NCBI GenBank assembly: GCA_963744995.1
Contig: CAVUWA010000002.1
Span: forward strand, 1,172,079 to 1,236,078
DNA from: Candidatus Eiseniibacteriota bacterium
GTDB lineage: Bacteria; Eisenbacteria; RBG-16-71-46
DNA: 64,000 bases
Direction of reading: 5' to 3'
Below are positions 9,770 to 18,709 of the stretch, piece after piece (position 1 is the first letter of the stretch; each line of letters begins with the position of its first letter). The position numbers and the translations under genes were made by a program. The notes beneath the pieces were generated by a model. It saw only the letters and a program-made list of their open reading frames with translations, was not told the origin of the DNA and searched no databases.

Positions 9770-10618
9770 ATGCGTTGTGATCGCCGCATCGCCACCGTGC
9801 GCCGCACGCTTGCACGGTGGCGCGCGACGGGCCGGACGATCGCGTTCGTGCCGACGATGGGCGGCATCCACGAAGGGCACCTGAGCCTCGTCCGTCGGGC
9901 GCACGAGAGCGCCGACCGCGTGGTCGTGAGCATCTTCGTGAACCCGCTCCAGTTCGGGCCCAGGGAGGACTACCGGCGTTATCCGCGCCCGCGACTGCGC
10001 GACCGGGTGCTGCTCCGCGCGGCCGGGGTCGATCTGCTGTGGGAGCCCGAGGTCAGGGATCTGTATCCGGACGGCCACCTCACCCGGGTGCGGGTCCGCG
10101 AGCTGGACGAGACCCTCGAAGGGTTCGCGCGGCCGGGCCACTTCGAAGGCGTGGCGACGGTGGTGCTCAAGCTGCTGAACGTGGTGAGGCCCGATGTGCT
10201 GTGGATGGGGCAGAAGGATGCCCAGCAGGCGATCGTGGTCGAGCGTATGGTCGAGGATCTGCTGCTGCCGGTAAAGGTCCGGCGCGGGGTGACCGTGCGC
10301 GAACACGACGGGCTCGCGTTGTCGTCGCGCAACGCCTACCTCACGAAGGCGCAGCGGGCGGATGCGGTGGGTCTGTCGCGCGGCCTGGCCGCCGCGCTCG
10401 AAGCACTGCGCGCCGGCGAGCGCGACGCAGCGAAGCTGCGCCGGCGCGTGAGCGGCACGCTGAAGCGCTTCCCGCTGGTCGAAACGGACTACGTGGCCGT
10501 GGTCGACGCGGTGACGCTGCGTCCGGTCAAGCGCGTGCGGGGCCGCGTGCTGGTGGCGGTGGCGGCACGCATCGGCCGGGCGCGTCTGATCGACAACCTC
10601 GAGTGGGAGCCCGCGTGA
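9770..10618 (+). CDS. panC: Pantoate-beta-alanine ligase
   Basis: FVPTMGGIHEGH, SIFVNPLQF, RPGHFEGV, GQKDAQQ, LSSRN, RLIDN; start may be TTG 9698. Confidence 0.95.
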   Translation: MRCDRRIATVRRTLARWRATGRTIAFVPTMGGIHEGHLSLVRRAHESADRVVVSIFVNPLQFGPREDYRRYPRPRLRDRVLLRAAGVDLLWEPEVRDLYPDGHLTRVRVRELDETLEGFARPGHFEGVATVVLKLLNVVRPDVLWMGQKDAQQAIVVERMVEDLLLPVKVRRGVTVREHDGLALSSRNAYLTKAQRADAVGLSRGLAAALEALRAGERDAAKLRRRVSGTLKRFPLVETDYVAVVDAVTLRPVKRVRGRVLVAVAARIGRARLIDNLEWEPA

Positions 10619-11385
10619 CCACCTTCCGACATCCGGGGGTGGTCGCCCTCGTGCTGGCCGCGGGCCAGGGCACGCGCATGAAGAGCGACATGGCGAAGGT
10701 GCTGCACGAGATGTCCGGACGCACGCTGCTCGGCCACGTCCTGCAGACGCTGAACGAGCTCGGCGTCGGCCGGGTGCTGGTCGTCGTGGGGCATCAGCGC
10801 GAACGCGTGCAGGAGCGTTTCCGCGAGGCGGGGGTGGAATGGGTGATCCAGGCCGAGCAGCGCGGCACCGGACACGCCGTGCTCATGGCGGGTCCCGTGC
10901 TCGAGGACTTCCAGGGCACGCTGCTCGTGGTCTGCGGTGACACGCCGCTGTTGCGCGCGTCGACGCTCGATGCGCTGCTGCGCGGCCACGAGACCTCGGC
11001 GGCCGCGGTGACCGTGCTGTCCATGCGGCTGCCCGATCCCGCCGGCTACGGCCGCATGATCCGCGGCGAAGGCGACGACCTCGAAGCGATCGTCGAACAC
11101 CGCGACGCCAGCCCCGCACAGCGCGCGATCGACGAGGTCAATTCGGGGATCTACGCGTTCCGCTACCCGGACCTGGCGGTCGTGCTCAGCGGTCTCACCG
11201 CGAACAACTCGCAGGGCGAGTACTACCTCACCGACGCGGTCTCGCTGCTCCGGCGCGCCGGTCGCAGGGCTGCGGTGGTCTGCGCCGACGACTATCGCGA
11301 GCTGCTGGGGGTCAACACCGTGGAGCAGCTCGACGACGCGGCCCGCGTTTACGCGGAGTTCCACGGCGGCGGGCGGAGCGGCTGA
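10615..11385 (+). CDS. GlmU-like uridylyltransferase, N-terminal domain only
   Basis: LAAGQGTRMKS, QRGTGHAV, GDTPLL, GYGR, EYYLTD, GVNT; ends before the hexapeptide acetyltransferase domain. Confidence 0.9.
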   Translation: MTTFRHPGVVALVLAAGQGTRMKSDMAKVLHEMSGRTLLGHVLQTLNELGVGRVLVVVGHQRERVQERFREAGVEWVIQAEQRGTGHAVLMAGPVLEDFQGTLLVVCGDTPLLRASTLDALLRGHETSAAAVTVLSMRLPDPAGYGRMIRGEGDDLEAIVEHRDASPAQRAIDEVNSGIYAFRYPDLAVVLSGLTANNSQGEYYLTDAVSLLRRAGRRAAVVCADDYRELLGVNTVEQLDDAARVYAEFHGGGRSG

Positions 11386-11999
11386 TGGCGCGTGAGGGTC
11401 TGGAACGGCTCTGGTCGCCCTGGCGCATGAAGTACATCCGCAAGGCCGACGCGCCCGCCGGCTGCCTGTTCTGCCGCGTGCAGCGTGCGCGTGCCGATCG
11501 TCCGCACCTGGTGCTCGCGCGCCGCCCCGCGGCGCTGCTGATGCTCAATCGCTTTCCCTACAACCCCGGGCATCTGATGGTCGCGGTGCGGCGTCACGTG
11601 GCGCGGTTCACCGATCTGACGCCGCCCGAGCGCGACGATCTCGTCGCGCTCACCGGCCTCGCGGAGCGGGCGCTCGAAATCGAGTACGAGCCGCACGGGA
11701 TGAACTACGGTCTCAACGTCGGCCGGGTGGCCGGCGCCGGCTTCCCGGGGCATCTGCATCTGCACCTGGTGCCGCGCTGGAACGGCGACACCAACTTCAT
11801 GACGGCGGTGGCCGGCACGCGCGTGCTGCCGGAGTCGCTGGGGGCGACGTGGACACGCCTGCGCCGCGCGGTGCGCCGGCTCGAGGCCGCGCCGCCACGG
11901 CGGACCAGGGCGAAGGACGCGCCCGTTCGCGCGCGCCGCGGCGCCGCGAAGCGATCCGCCCCCGGGCGCCGCCGGCGCGCGCGCGCGGGGAAGCGCTGA
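11385..11999 (+). CDS. HIT-family protein (Ap4A phosphorylase-like)
   Basis: LWSPWRMKY, CLFC, NRFPYNPGH, HLHLHLVPRWNGDTNFM. Confidence 0.9.
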   Translation: MAREGLERLWSPWRMKYIRKADAPAGCLFCRVQRARADRPHLVLARRPAALLMLNRFPYNPGHLMVAVRRHVARFTDLTPPERDDLVALTGLAERALEIEYEPHGMNYGLNVGRVAGAGFPGHLHLHLVPRWNGDTNFMTAVAGTRVLPESLGATWTRLRRAVRRLEAAPPRRTRAKDAPVRARRGAAKRSAPGRRRRARAGKR

Positions 12000-12001
12000 C
12001 C

Positions 12002-12424
12002 GTGGCGCGGCGCCGGTCCCTGGCCCCGCGCATCGCGCTCTGGAGCCTCGGCGTGCTGGTGACGGCGCTCGTCGTCTCCTGGGCGTGGGCGCAATTCCTG
12101 ATGCGCGACGGCAGCCCGCGCATCGGCCCCGCCGGCCGGGTGATCCGCGTGCAGGTGCTCAACGGCTCGGGCGAGGAGGGGGCTGCGTCGCGGACCGCCT
12201 CGTTCCTGCGCTCGGGCGGGTATCACGTCGTCGAGGTCCGCAACGCCGACCGCTTCGACTACTTCGCGACGCTGGTCGTGGCCCGCACCGAGGACGGGGC
12301 CGCGGCACGGGAAGTGGCCCATTATCTGGGCCGTCCGCCGGTGGTGCGACAGGCGTGGAATTCCGATCTGGCCGAGGTTACAGTCGTCATCGGGCGTGAC
12401 CGGAGCCGGCTCCGGTTGCAGTAG
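12002..12424 (+). CDS. LytR C-terminal-domain membrane protein
   Basis: N-terminal TM; VQVLNGSG...GAA, VRNAD, VTVVIGRD. Confidence 0.8.
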   Translation: MARRRSLAPRIALWSLGVLVTALVVSWAWAQFLMRDGSPRIGPAGRVIRVQVLNGSGEEGAASRTASFLRSGGYHVVEVRNADRFDYFATLVVARTEDGAAAREVAHYLGRPPVVRQAWNSDLAEVTVVIGRDRSRLRLQ

Positions 12425-12510
12425 TCTCAGACAGGGCGTCCGCCGGCGCCGTGTCCGCTCCAGATCGGAGCGGCGGGCGGCCGGGATGCGGGCGTTCCGG
12501 GGAGGTCAAA

Positions 12511-12714
12511 GTGTTCGGTTTGGGCGGCGCTGAAGTCGGGATCCTGTTCCTGATCATCCTGCTGATCTTCGGTCCGAGCCAGATTCCGAAAATGGCGCGC
12601 GGGCTCGGGCAGGCGCTGCGGGAGTTCCGCAAGGCGCAGCGGGAGATCACGGACGAAATGAATCGCGACGAGCCGCAGGACGAGAAGAACAAGACCAACA
12701 AGCCCATCGAATGA
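12511..12714 (+). CDS. tatA: Twin-arginine translocase subunit TatA/E
   Basis: FGLGGAEV...IFGPSQIPKMARGLGQALREFRK; SD GGAGG. Confidence 0.9.
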   Translation: MFGLGGAEVGILFLIILLIFGPSQIPKMARGLGQALREFRKAQREITDEMNRDEPQDEKNKTNKPIE

Positions 12715-12864
12715 TGTCGGTGCCGGGCGCGGGGCCGCCCGCGGCCGTGGATCGGACCGGTGCACGTCGCGCACCATCGGCGCGGCGTGGCCCCGGGGCG
12801 AAAACGACTCGAGCGCGGCGCCCCGGGGCGCCGCGCTCGTCGTTCGTCCTGTTCGCAAACGGCG

Positions 12865-14679
12865 TCAGCGGCCGGTGCGCATGTCCTCGACCTTCACGCC
12901 CTGGCGGATGTCGGCCATCAGCCCGCTGAGGAAGCTCTGCTGGCGCCGCTGCAGGATCTGGTTCACGAGCTGCGGCTTGGCCGCATCGAGGCTGTCGAGA
13001 TCCGCCGGCGTACGGTGCTGGACCTGAACGAAATACCAGCCGTTGAGACCGCGCAGCGGCCCCTCGACCTGTCCCTCGGGCGCCGCGTACAGCGCCGCCA
13101 TCACCTCGGGAATGCCGGCGACGCGGCCGTCCGGCTGGCTCCGCGTCATGCCGTGCAGCTCGAAGGACGTGGCGCCGTTCGCCCGCGCCGCCTGGTCGAG
13201 CGATCTGCCGGCCGCCACCGCCTTGGCGATTGCGTCGGCGCGCGGCCTGGCCGCCTCGATGCGCAGGTTCATCTCCGCGACCTGACGAAGCTGAGCCATC
13301 ACGTCTTCCTTCGCCATCGGGCCCGGCTCATGCACCTTCTTGACCTGCACCACGCACCAGTCGTCGATGCCCTCGAACACCGGGCTCACTTCGTTGAGCT
13401 TGGCGGTGAGCGCCCACTCCGCGGCCTCGGGCACGCTGTACAGCTCCGTCGGCGGCTGCGCGAAGCCGAAGTAGCCGGTGGTCGTGGTCGTCGCCCCGAT
13501 GTCCGTGGCGGCGCGGCCGAGGCTGGTCGATGCGGCCTTGTCGCGCACCTTCTGCATCTCCTGGAACTGGTCGCGCTGCGTCTGCGGGTCGGGGCGGATC
13601 TTGAGCACGATCTGCGCGACCTTCACGGTCGCCAGCTCCGGTGAGGCCGCACCCGGGGTGCGCTCGAGCAGCTTGAAGATCATGAAGCGGCCGCCGTCGC
13701 GGAACGGCTCCGCAACCTCGCCGGGCTGGAGCTTGGCGATCACCGGGGCGAGCTGCGGTCCGAATTCACGCGGCTGGAACATGCGGTCCACCACGCCGCC
13801 GTTCTCGGCGCCCGGACCTTCGGAGTAGTCGCGGGCGAGCACGGCGAAGTCCTCGCCCTGGCGCGCGCGCTGCACGAGGCTGTTGGCGAGATCCTGGGCG
13901 GACTTCACTTCGAGATCGCCGTACTTCTTCGGCGAGAGCAGCACCTCGACCTGCACCTGTTTGGGCGTGCAGAAGAAGCCCTTGCGCATCTCGTAGGCGC
14001 TGTCGATCGCGGCGTCGGTGACCTCGACCTGGCCTTCGTAGGAGGGGAGGATCTGCACGATGCGCGCGTCCACCTTCTCGTGGGCGTCGCGGAAGGCCTG
14101 CACCAGCTCCGGCTCGGAGAGCTTGATCGACGCCAGCAGCCTTTCCTGAAGTTTGCGGATCGGCAGCTGGTCGCGGACCAGCGCCTCGAAGGGCGCCCAG
14201 TTCATGTTCGGGTCGCGCAGCGCCTGGGTGTACTTCTGCGGATCGAACTTGCCGTCGGTCTGGAACGCCGGCGCGGTCATCAGCATCTGCGGCGGGGAGG
14301 TCTTCATCGCCAGCACGACCTCGGGGTCGGTGGCGTGCAGGCCCATCTCCCGCGCATCCGTCTTGAGGATCGACTGCGTCACCAGATTCCGCCAGGTCAT
14401 CATCTCGACCAGCTTGACGTCGCGGTCGGCGGGCTCGACGCCGTACTGCTGGCGGTAGAGGTCACGCTGTTCCTGGAGCGCGTTCGCGTATGCCTGGCGC
14501 GAGATCGGGTGGCCGTCCACCATTCCCACCGCGCCGACCGACGAGCCGCGGAAACCGGACGAGAAGCCCGAGCCGAGGATGAACACGAAGCCGCCGACGA
14601 ACGTGACGATGGTGACGATCGCCAGCGCCCACCAGATCGTCTGGGTTTTCTTACTCTTGGAGCGGAAGAAGCCGAGCAT
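12865..14679 (-). CDS. SurA/PpiD-type membrane-anchored peptidyl-prolyl isomerase
   Basis: N-terminal TM, FQTDGKFD, GEDFAVLARDYSEGP rotamase motif. Confidence 0.85.
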   Translation of the reverse strand: MLGFFRSKSKKTQTIWWALAIVTIVTFVGGFVFILGSGFSSGFRGSSVGAVGMVDGHPISRQAYANALQEQRDLYRQQYGVEPADRDVKLVEMMTWRNLVTQSILKTDAREMGLHATDPEVVLAMKTSPPQMLMTAPAFQTDGKFDPQKYTQALRDPNMNWAPFEALVRDQLPIRKLQERLLASIKLSEPELVQAFRDAHEKVDARIVQILPSYEGQVEVTDAAIDSAYEMRKGFFCTPKQVQVEVLLSPKKYGDLEVKSAQDLANSLVQRARQGEDFAVLARDYSEGPGAENGGVVDRMFQPREFGPQLAPVIAKLQPGEVAEPFRDGGRFMIFKLLERTPGAASPELATVKVAQIVLKIRPDPQTQRDQFQEMQKVRDKAASTSLGRAATDIGATTTTTGYFGFAQPPTELYSVPEAAEWALTAKLNEVSPVFEGIDDWCVVQVKKVHEPGPMAKEDVMAQLRQVAEMNLRIEAARPRADAIAKAVAAGRSLDQAARANGATSFELHGMTRSQPDGRVAGIPEVMAALYAAPEGQVEGPLRGLNGWYFVQVQHRTPADLDSLDAAKPQLVNQILQRRQQSFLSGLMADIRQGVKVEDMRTGR

Positions 14680-14878
14680 TCAAGGACTCCGGAAAGCCGT
14701 GGAGAAGGGTGGACCCCGGTGTTGCGCGCGGCCCGGGAGTCTACCAGCGGGGCGCGCGGCCGGACAACCGGCCGGAGCATGGACGCGCGATCCGGGCCGC
14801 CGGGCCGAAACGGCGCAAAACACGAACGGGGCGAGCCGATGGGCCCGCCCCGACGGTGCCTGAAGACCGAGAATCGAA

Positions 14879-14899
14879 CGGAGCCGCCATGCGGCTCCG
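14879..14899 (-). terminator. Hairpin downstream of the 88-aa ORF
   Basis: CGGAGCCGC-CAT-GCGGCTCCG, followed by a weakly T-rich run on the minus strand. Confidence 0.45.
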
Positions 14900-14907
14900 C
14901 GTGTCCG

Positions 14908-15174
14908 CTAGTTCAAGAAGGAGACCTTGCTGTACCAGTAGAGATAGTCGAAGAAGCGGTTGTAGTCGAAGTACTGCCCGAAGAAGTCGCCGCTCTTCCC
15001 CTGAGCGTCCAGCTGGGTCACGGGACGCAGCTGTCCCAGGGTCTGCATCTGCTGCCGCTTGATGCTCACCGTCGTGCCGGACTTTCCGGTGTCGGCGGAC
15101 GACACGGCAGCGACCGCCGCGCTCAGAACGATTGCCATCATGGCGACCATCAGCACACGAGTGAAACGGTTCAT
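14908..15174 (-). CDS. 88-aa secreted protein with aromatic-rich C-terminus
   Basis: SD AGGAGG; signal peptide ending VSSA; upstream TTGCGC-N16-TATACG. Confidence 0.7.
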   Translation of the reverse strand: MNRFTRVLMVAMMAIVLSAAVAAVSSADTGKSGTTVSIKRQQMQTLGQLRPVTQLDAQGKSGDFFGQYFDYNRFFDYLYWYSKVSFLN

Positions 15175-15389
15175 CGATTCCTCCTTAGGGGGTTCAGGCA
15201 CGTCGCGAGACGTATAGCAAGATTTCGGGGCGGCGCAAACCGTCGAAGCGCTCGGCCCGCGCCGCGGCGCCCCGGGGGGGCGCGGCCGCCCGGCGAACCG
15301 CTTGCCATTGCGCAAGAAGCATTGCGGGCCGCGGGACCCTGTGCTACCCATAGCCGAACCACGCAGCGACCACGGAGGGAACGCTTCCC

Positions 15390-16484
15390 ATGCGCAGCGA
15401 AGCACCGAGCAGGACCGCCGAGTCCGAGGGCGCCGTGCTGGCGAACGAGCTGCCGACCCGCGTGCTCGATGCGCTCGAGCAGGGCGTCGTGGCGCTCGAC
15501 CGGGAGCGCCGTGTGGTCTACATGAACCGGCGCATCGAGGAGTTGCTCGGGGTCGAAGAAGGAGCGCTCGTCGGCACGCCGGCCGGCAAGATCTTCACCG
15601 GCGCCGAGGCCCGCTGGCTCAAGGGCAACATGCGCGAGGCGCGCGAGTTCCGGTTCGAGACCGAAGGTCGCCAGCTGACCCTCAAGGCCGAAGCGGTGCC
15701 GATGCGCAATCCCGAGGGCGAGGCGACCGGATCGGTCGTGCTCGCCGAAACGATCTCCGAAACGGAAGACGGCGAGTTCCACAAGCGCATCGACCGCCTG
15801 GTGTCGCTCGGCGAGTTGTCGGCGTACGTCGCCCACGAGATCCGCAACCCGCTGACGGGCATTCGCACCACGGTCCAGTTCGTGTCCTCGAAGCTCAAAC
15901 CGGGCGACTCGCGCCGCGAGGACCTGGACGACGTGATCACGGAGCTCGATCGCATCGAGCAGATCATCACCGGCCTGCTGCTGTTCGCGCGCCCGCCCGA
16001 AGCGAGCCCGCAGCCCTGTGACCTGCACCAGGTGCTCGACAAGACGTTGGCGATGCTCGACGGCCAGCTCGGCGACGCCAGCGTGACGCTGGTGCGTGAG
16101 TATCTCGACGATCTGCCGATGGTCTACGCCGACCCGGACCTCACCCAGCAGGTGTTCCTCAACCTGTGCCTGAACGCGATCCAGGCCATGCCCGAGGGCG
16201 GCGAGATCCGGATCGCGACGGGCGTGCGGCGCTATCGTACGCGGCGCTCGATGGTCGACGTGTCGATCAGCGACACCGGCGTCGGAATTCCCAGGGACCT
16301 GCTCGAGAAGGTGTTCGATCCGTTCTTCACGACCCGCTCGCTCGGCACCGGCCTCGGGCTCTCGATCTCGGTGCAGATCATGCGCGAGGTCGGCGGGGTG
16401 ATCACCGCCCGCAACAACGCCGGTGGCGGCGCGACGCTGCGCGTGTCGTTCCCGCTGCCGTCCGAGAACCGGGGCGAGGAGTAA
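15390..16484 (+). CDS. PAS-domain sensor histidine kinase (NtrB-like)
   Basis: AHEIRNPL H-box; NLCLNAIQAM, DTGVG, FDPFFTT, GTGLGL; no TM. Confidence 0.92.
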   Translation: MRSEAPSRTAESEGAVLANELPTRVLDALEQGVVALDRERRVVYMNRRIEELLGVEEGALVGTPAGKIFTGAEARWLKGNMREAREFRFETEGRQLTLKAEAVPMRNPEGEATGSVVLAETISETEDGEFHKRIDRLVSLGELSAYVAHEIRNPLTGIRTTVQFVSSKLKPGDSRREDLDDVITELDRIEQIITGLLLFARPPEASPQPCDLHQVLDKTLAMLDGQLGDASVTLVREYLDDLPMVYADPDLTQQVFLNLCLNAIQAMPEGGEIRIATGVRRYRTRRSMVDVSISDTGVGIPRDLLEKVFDPFFTTRSLGTGLGLSISVQIMREVGGVITARNNAGGGATLRVSFPLPSENRGEE

Positions 16485-16487
16485 GGC

Positions 16488-17873
16488 GTGAAGCTCTCGG
16501 TGCTGGTCGTCGACGACGAGGTCCTGATCCGCAAATCCCTCTCCAAGGTGCTGCGCGCGCGCGGCTACATGGTCGACGTGGCCAGCAACGGCGCCGAAGG
16601 ACTCGAGAAGGCGGCCGCCGTCCGCCCGCAGGTGATGATCCTCGACATGCGGCTGCCGGACGCCGACGGCCTGTCGGTGCTGCGCAAGGTGCGCGAATCC
16701 GACGCGCTCCTGCAGGTCATCGTCATCACCGCCTTCGGCGACGTGCAGAGCGCGGTCGAAGCGATGAAACTCGGCGCCTGTGACTTCCTGCGCAAGCCGT
16801 ACGAAATGGAGGACATCGTGCTGGCCGTCGAGGCCGCCGGGCGCACGTTCCGGCAGGCGAGCGAACTGGATCTCTACCGCCGCCGGGCCTGGAAGGACTA
16901 TTCGGACGAGGAGATCATCGGCAAGTCCGTGCCGATGGTCGAGGTTCGCGACCTGATCGAGAAGCTGGTGCGCAGCCAGGCGACCTCGGTGCTGATCACC
17001 GGCGAGAGCGGCACCGGCAAGGAACTGGTCGCCCGGGCGATTCATTACCGCAGCGACCGCGCGCAGGCGCCGCTGATGGAGGTGAACTGCTCGTCGTTCA
17101 ACGAAAACCTGCTCGAGAACGAACTGTTCGGCCACGAGCGCGGCGCCTACACCGACGCCGGCGAGACCAAGAAGGGCCTGGTCGAGCTCTGTGACGGCGG
17201 CACGCTGTTCCTGGACGAGGTCGCCGACATGTCGATGCCGACACAGGCGAAGCTCCTGCGTTTCATCGATCATCGCAACTTCAAGCGTGTCGGCGGCGCG
17301 GAGGACATCTCCGTCGACATCCGCATCGTCGCGGCGACCAACAAGAATCTCGAGGCCGAGGTGCGCGCGGGGAACTTCCGCAGCGATCTCTACTTCCGGC
17401 TCAAGGTGGTGAGCATCCATCTGCCCGCCCTGCGCAGCCGCAGCGACGACGTGCTGCTGCTCGCCGATCATTTCCTGCGCGAGTTCTCGCGCAAGTTCCA
17501 GAAGCAGTTCATGAAGGTCTCGCCCGAGGTCGAGCAGATCCTGCGAGGCTATGCGTGGCCCGGGAACGTGCGCGAACTGCGCAACCTCATCGAACGCGTG
17601 GTGCTGCTCGAAGAGGGAGAGGCCCTGACGACCGCGCACCTGCCCGGCGAGCTGCTCGGGCGCTCGCGTCCGGAGGCGGCGAACGCGTCGCGCGACGCGA
17701 TCGCCGTGCCCACGCTCGCCGAGATGGAAGCCGATCACATCAGCGAGGTGCTGCGACTGACCGATGGCAACAAGAGCCGTGCAGCGCGCATCCTCGGCAT
17801 CTCGCGCCAGGGATTGATCGAGAAGCTGCGGCGTCTGCGCCTCGACGACCCGATCGGTCGTCAAGTTTCTTGA
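16488..17873 (+). CDS. Sigma54-dependent response regulator (NtrC family)
   Basis: REC domain; GESGTGKE, ELFGHERGAYTDA, LFLDE, WPGNVREL, Fis-type HTH. Confidence 0.95.
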   Translation: MKLSVLVVDDEVLIRKSLSKVLRARGYMVDVASNGAEGLEKAAAVRPQVMILDMRLPDADGLSVLRKVRESDALLQVIVITAFGDVQSAVEAMKLGACDFLRKPYEMEDIVLAVEAAGRTFRQASELDLYRRRAWKDYSDEEIIGKSVPMVEVRDLIEKLVRSQATSVLITGESGTGKELVARAIHYRSDRAQAPLMEVNCSSFNENLLENELFGHERGAYTDAGETKKGLVELCDGGTLFLDEVADMSMPTQAKLLRFIDHRNFKRVGGAEDISVDIRIVAATNKNLEAEVRAGNFRSDLYFRLKVVSIHLPALRSRSDDVLLLADHFLREFSRKFQKQFMKVSPEVEQILRGYAWPGNVRELRNLIERVVLLEEGEALTTAHLPGELLGRSRPEAANASRDAIAVPTLAEMEADHISEVLRLTDGNKSRAARILGISRQGLIEKLRRLRLDDPIGRQVS

Positions 17874-17874
17874 C
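17860..17874. promoter_or_regulatory. Candidate enhancer (UAS) palindrome
   Basis: GTCAAG-TTT-CTTGAC, ~215 bp upstream of a sigma54 promoter. Confidence 0.45.
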
Positions 17875-18086
17875 ACCCACCAGGAAGTAGACAGTATTTC
17901 TCATCGCGATGCCGCACAACGGGTTACGCATCGTGCGAGCGTCCATCTCCCACGAAAATAGACACTTACACCGCTTTTCCACGCCGTTTTCCCCACCCTC
18001 CGGATGCCCTCGCGGCGCGGTTCGAGTCACGCAGCGTTCAATGTGACATCACGTTACGCGATCCGGCCGGGGCGATGATCCCGTCG

Positions 18087-18102
18087 TGGCATGAGCCGTG
18101 CT
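18087..18102 (+). promoter_or_regulatory. Sigma54 -24/-12 promoter
   Basis: TGGCATGAGCCGTGCT (GG-N10-GC) immediately downstream of a bEBP gene. Confidence 0.75.
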
Positions 18103-18249
18103 TCTCTAAAAACGACGCGACCATGGAGGGTGCTCTTCGAGCGCCCGGAGGCCATTGGTCGGGCCGGTGCAGCGCACCGGCCTGAACGAGTGGTTCCGTG
18201 AAGCGTTGCTTCACAGGATGAAGTCAGCGCCTCGAGGAGGTGATCGCTA

Positions 18250-18333
18250 ATGGCGAAGAAGAAGAAGGCCGCTAAGAAGAAGAAGGCCGCCAAGAAGGGT
18301 ACGAAGAAGAAGGCGGCGCGCAAGAAGAAGTAA
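18250..18333 (+). CDS. 27-aa Lys/Ala-rich microprotein MAKKKKAAKKKKAAKKGTKKKAARKKK
   Basis: SD AGGAGGTGA, own promoter and terminator; too short for the ORF track. Confidence 0.8.
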   Translation: MAKKKKAAKKKKAAKKGTKKKAARKKK

Positions 18334-18359
18334 CGATCATAGGACCTGGCACGTCCTCA

Positions 18360-18400
18360 GGGGATTGGTCGTCCTTGCGTCGGCCAGTCCCCTTACTTTT
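18360..18400 (+). terminator. Intrinsic terminator
   Basis: GGGGATTGGTCG...CGGCCAGTCCCC followed by TTACTTTT. Confidence 0.75.
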
Positions 18401-18709
18401 CAACCTCGCTCCGCTGCAGTACCCGAGGACATGAGTTCATCCCCCAGCCGAAATCCGAAGCCGTCCCGCGCCCGTCGTTCGCACGGGCCCGAGGCGGCTT
18501 CGTTCCTGTCGGGGCCATGTCCGGCCGGGATCCTCCGGTGGCTGGAGGCCGCGCGCTAAGGCTGGCCCACTGGGCTCTCCAGTTCGCCGCAACGGCCCGG
18601 GCACGGATGCCCGGGCCGCTGCGTTTCCGGCGCACCCGGCGCACGGACGTGGCCCGGTGTATAGTCGCCGCCTTCGCGGCCGCACGACCGCGAGCCCCGA
18701 GGCCCCGAC

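Noticed and set aside
18347..18362. Second sigma54 promoter at TGGCAC
   Set aside because: No GC at -12
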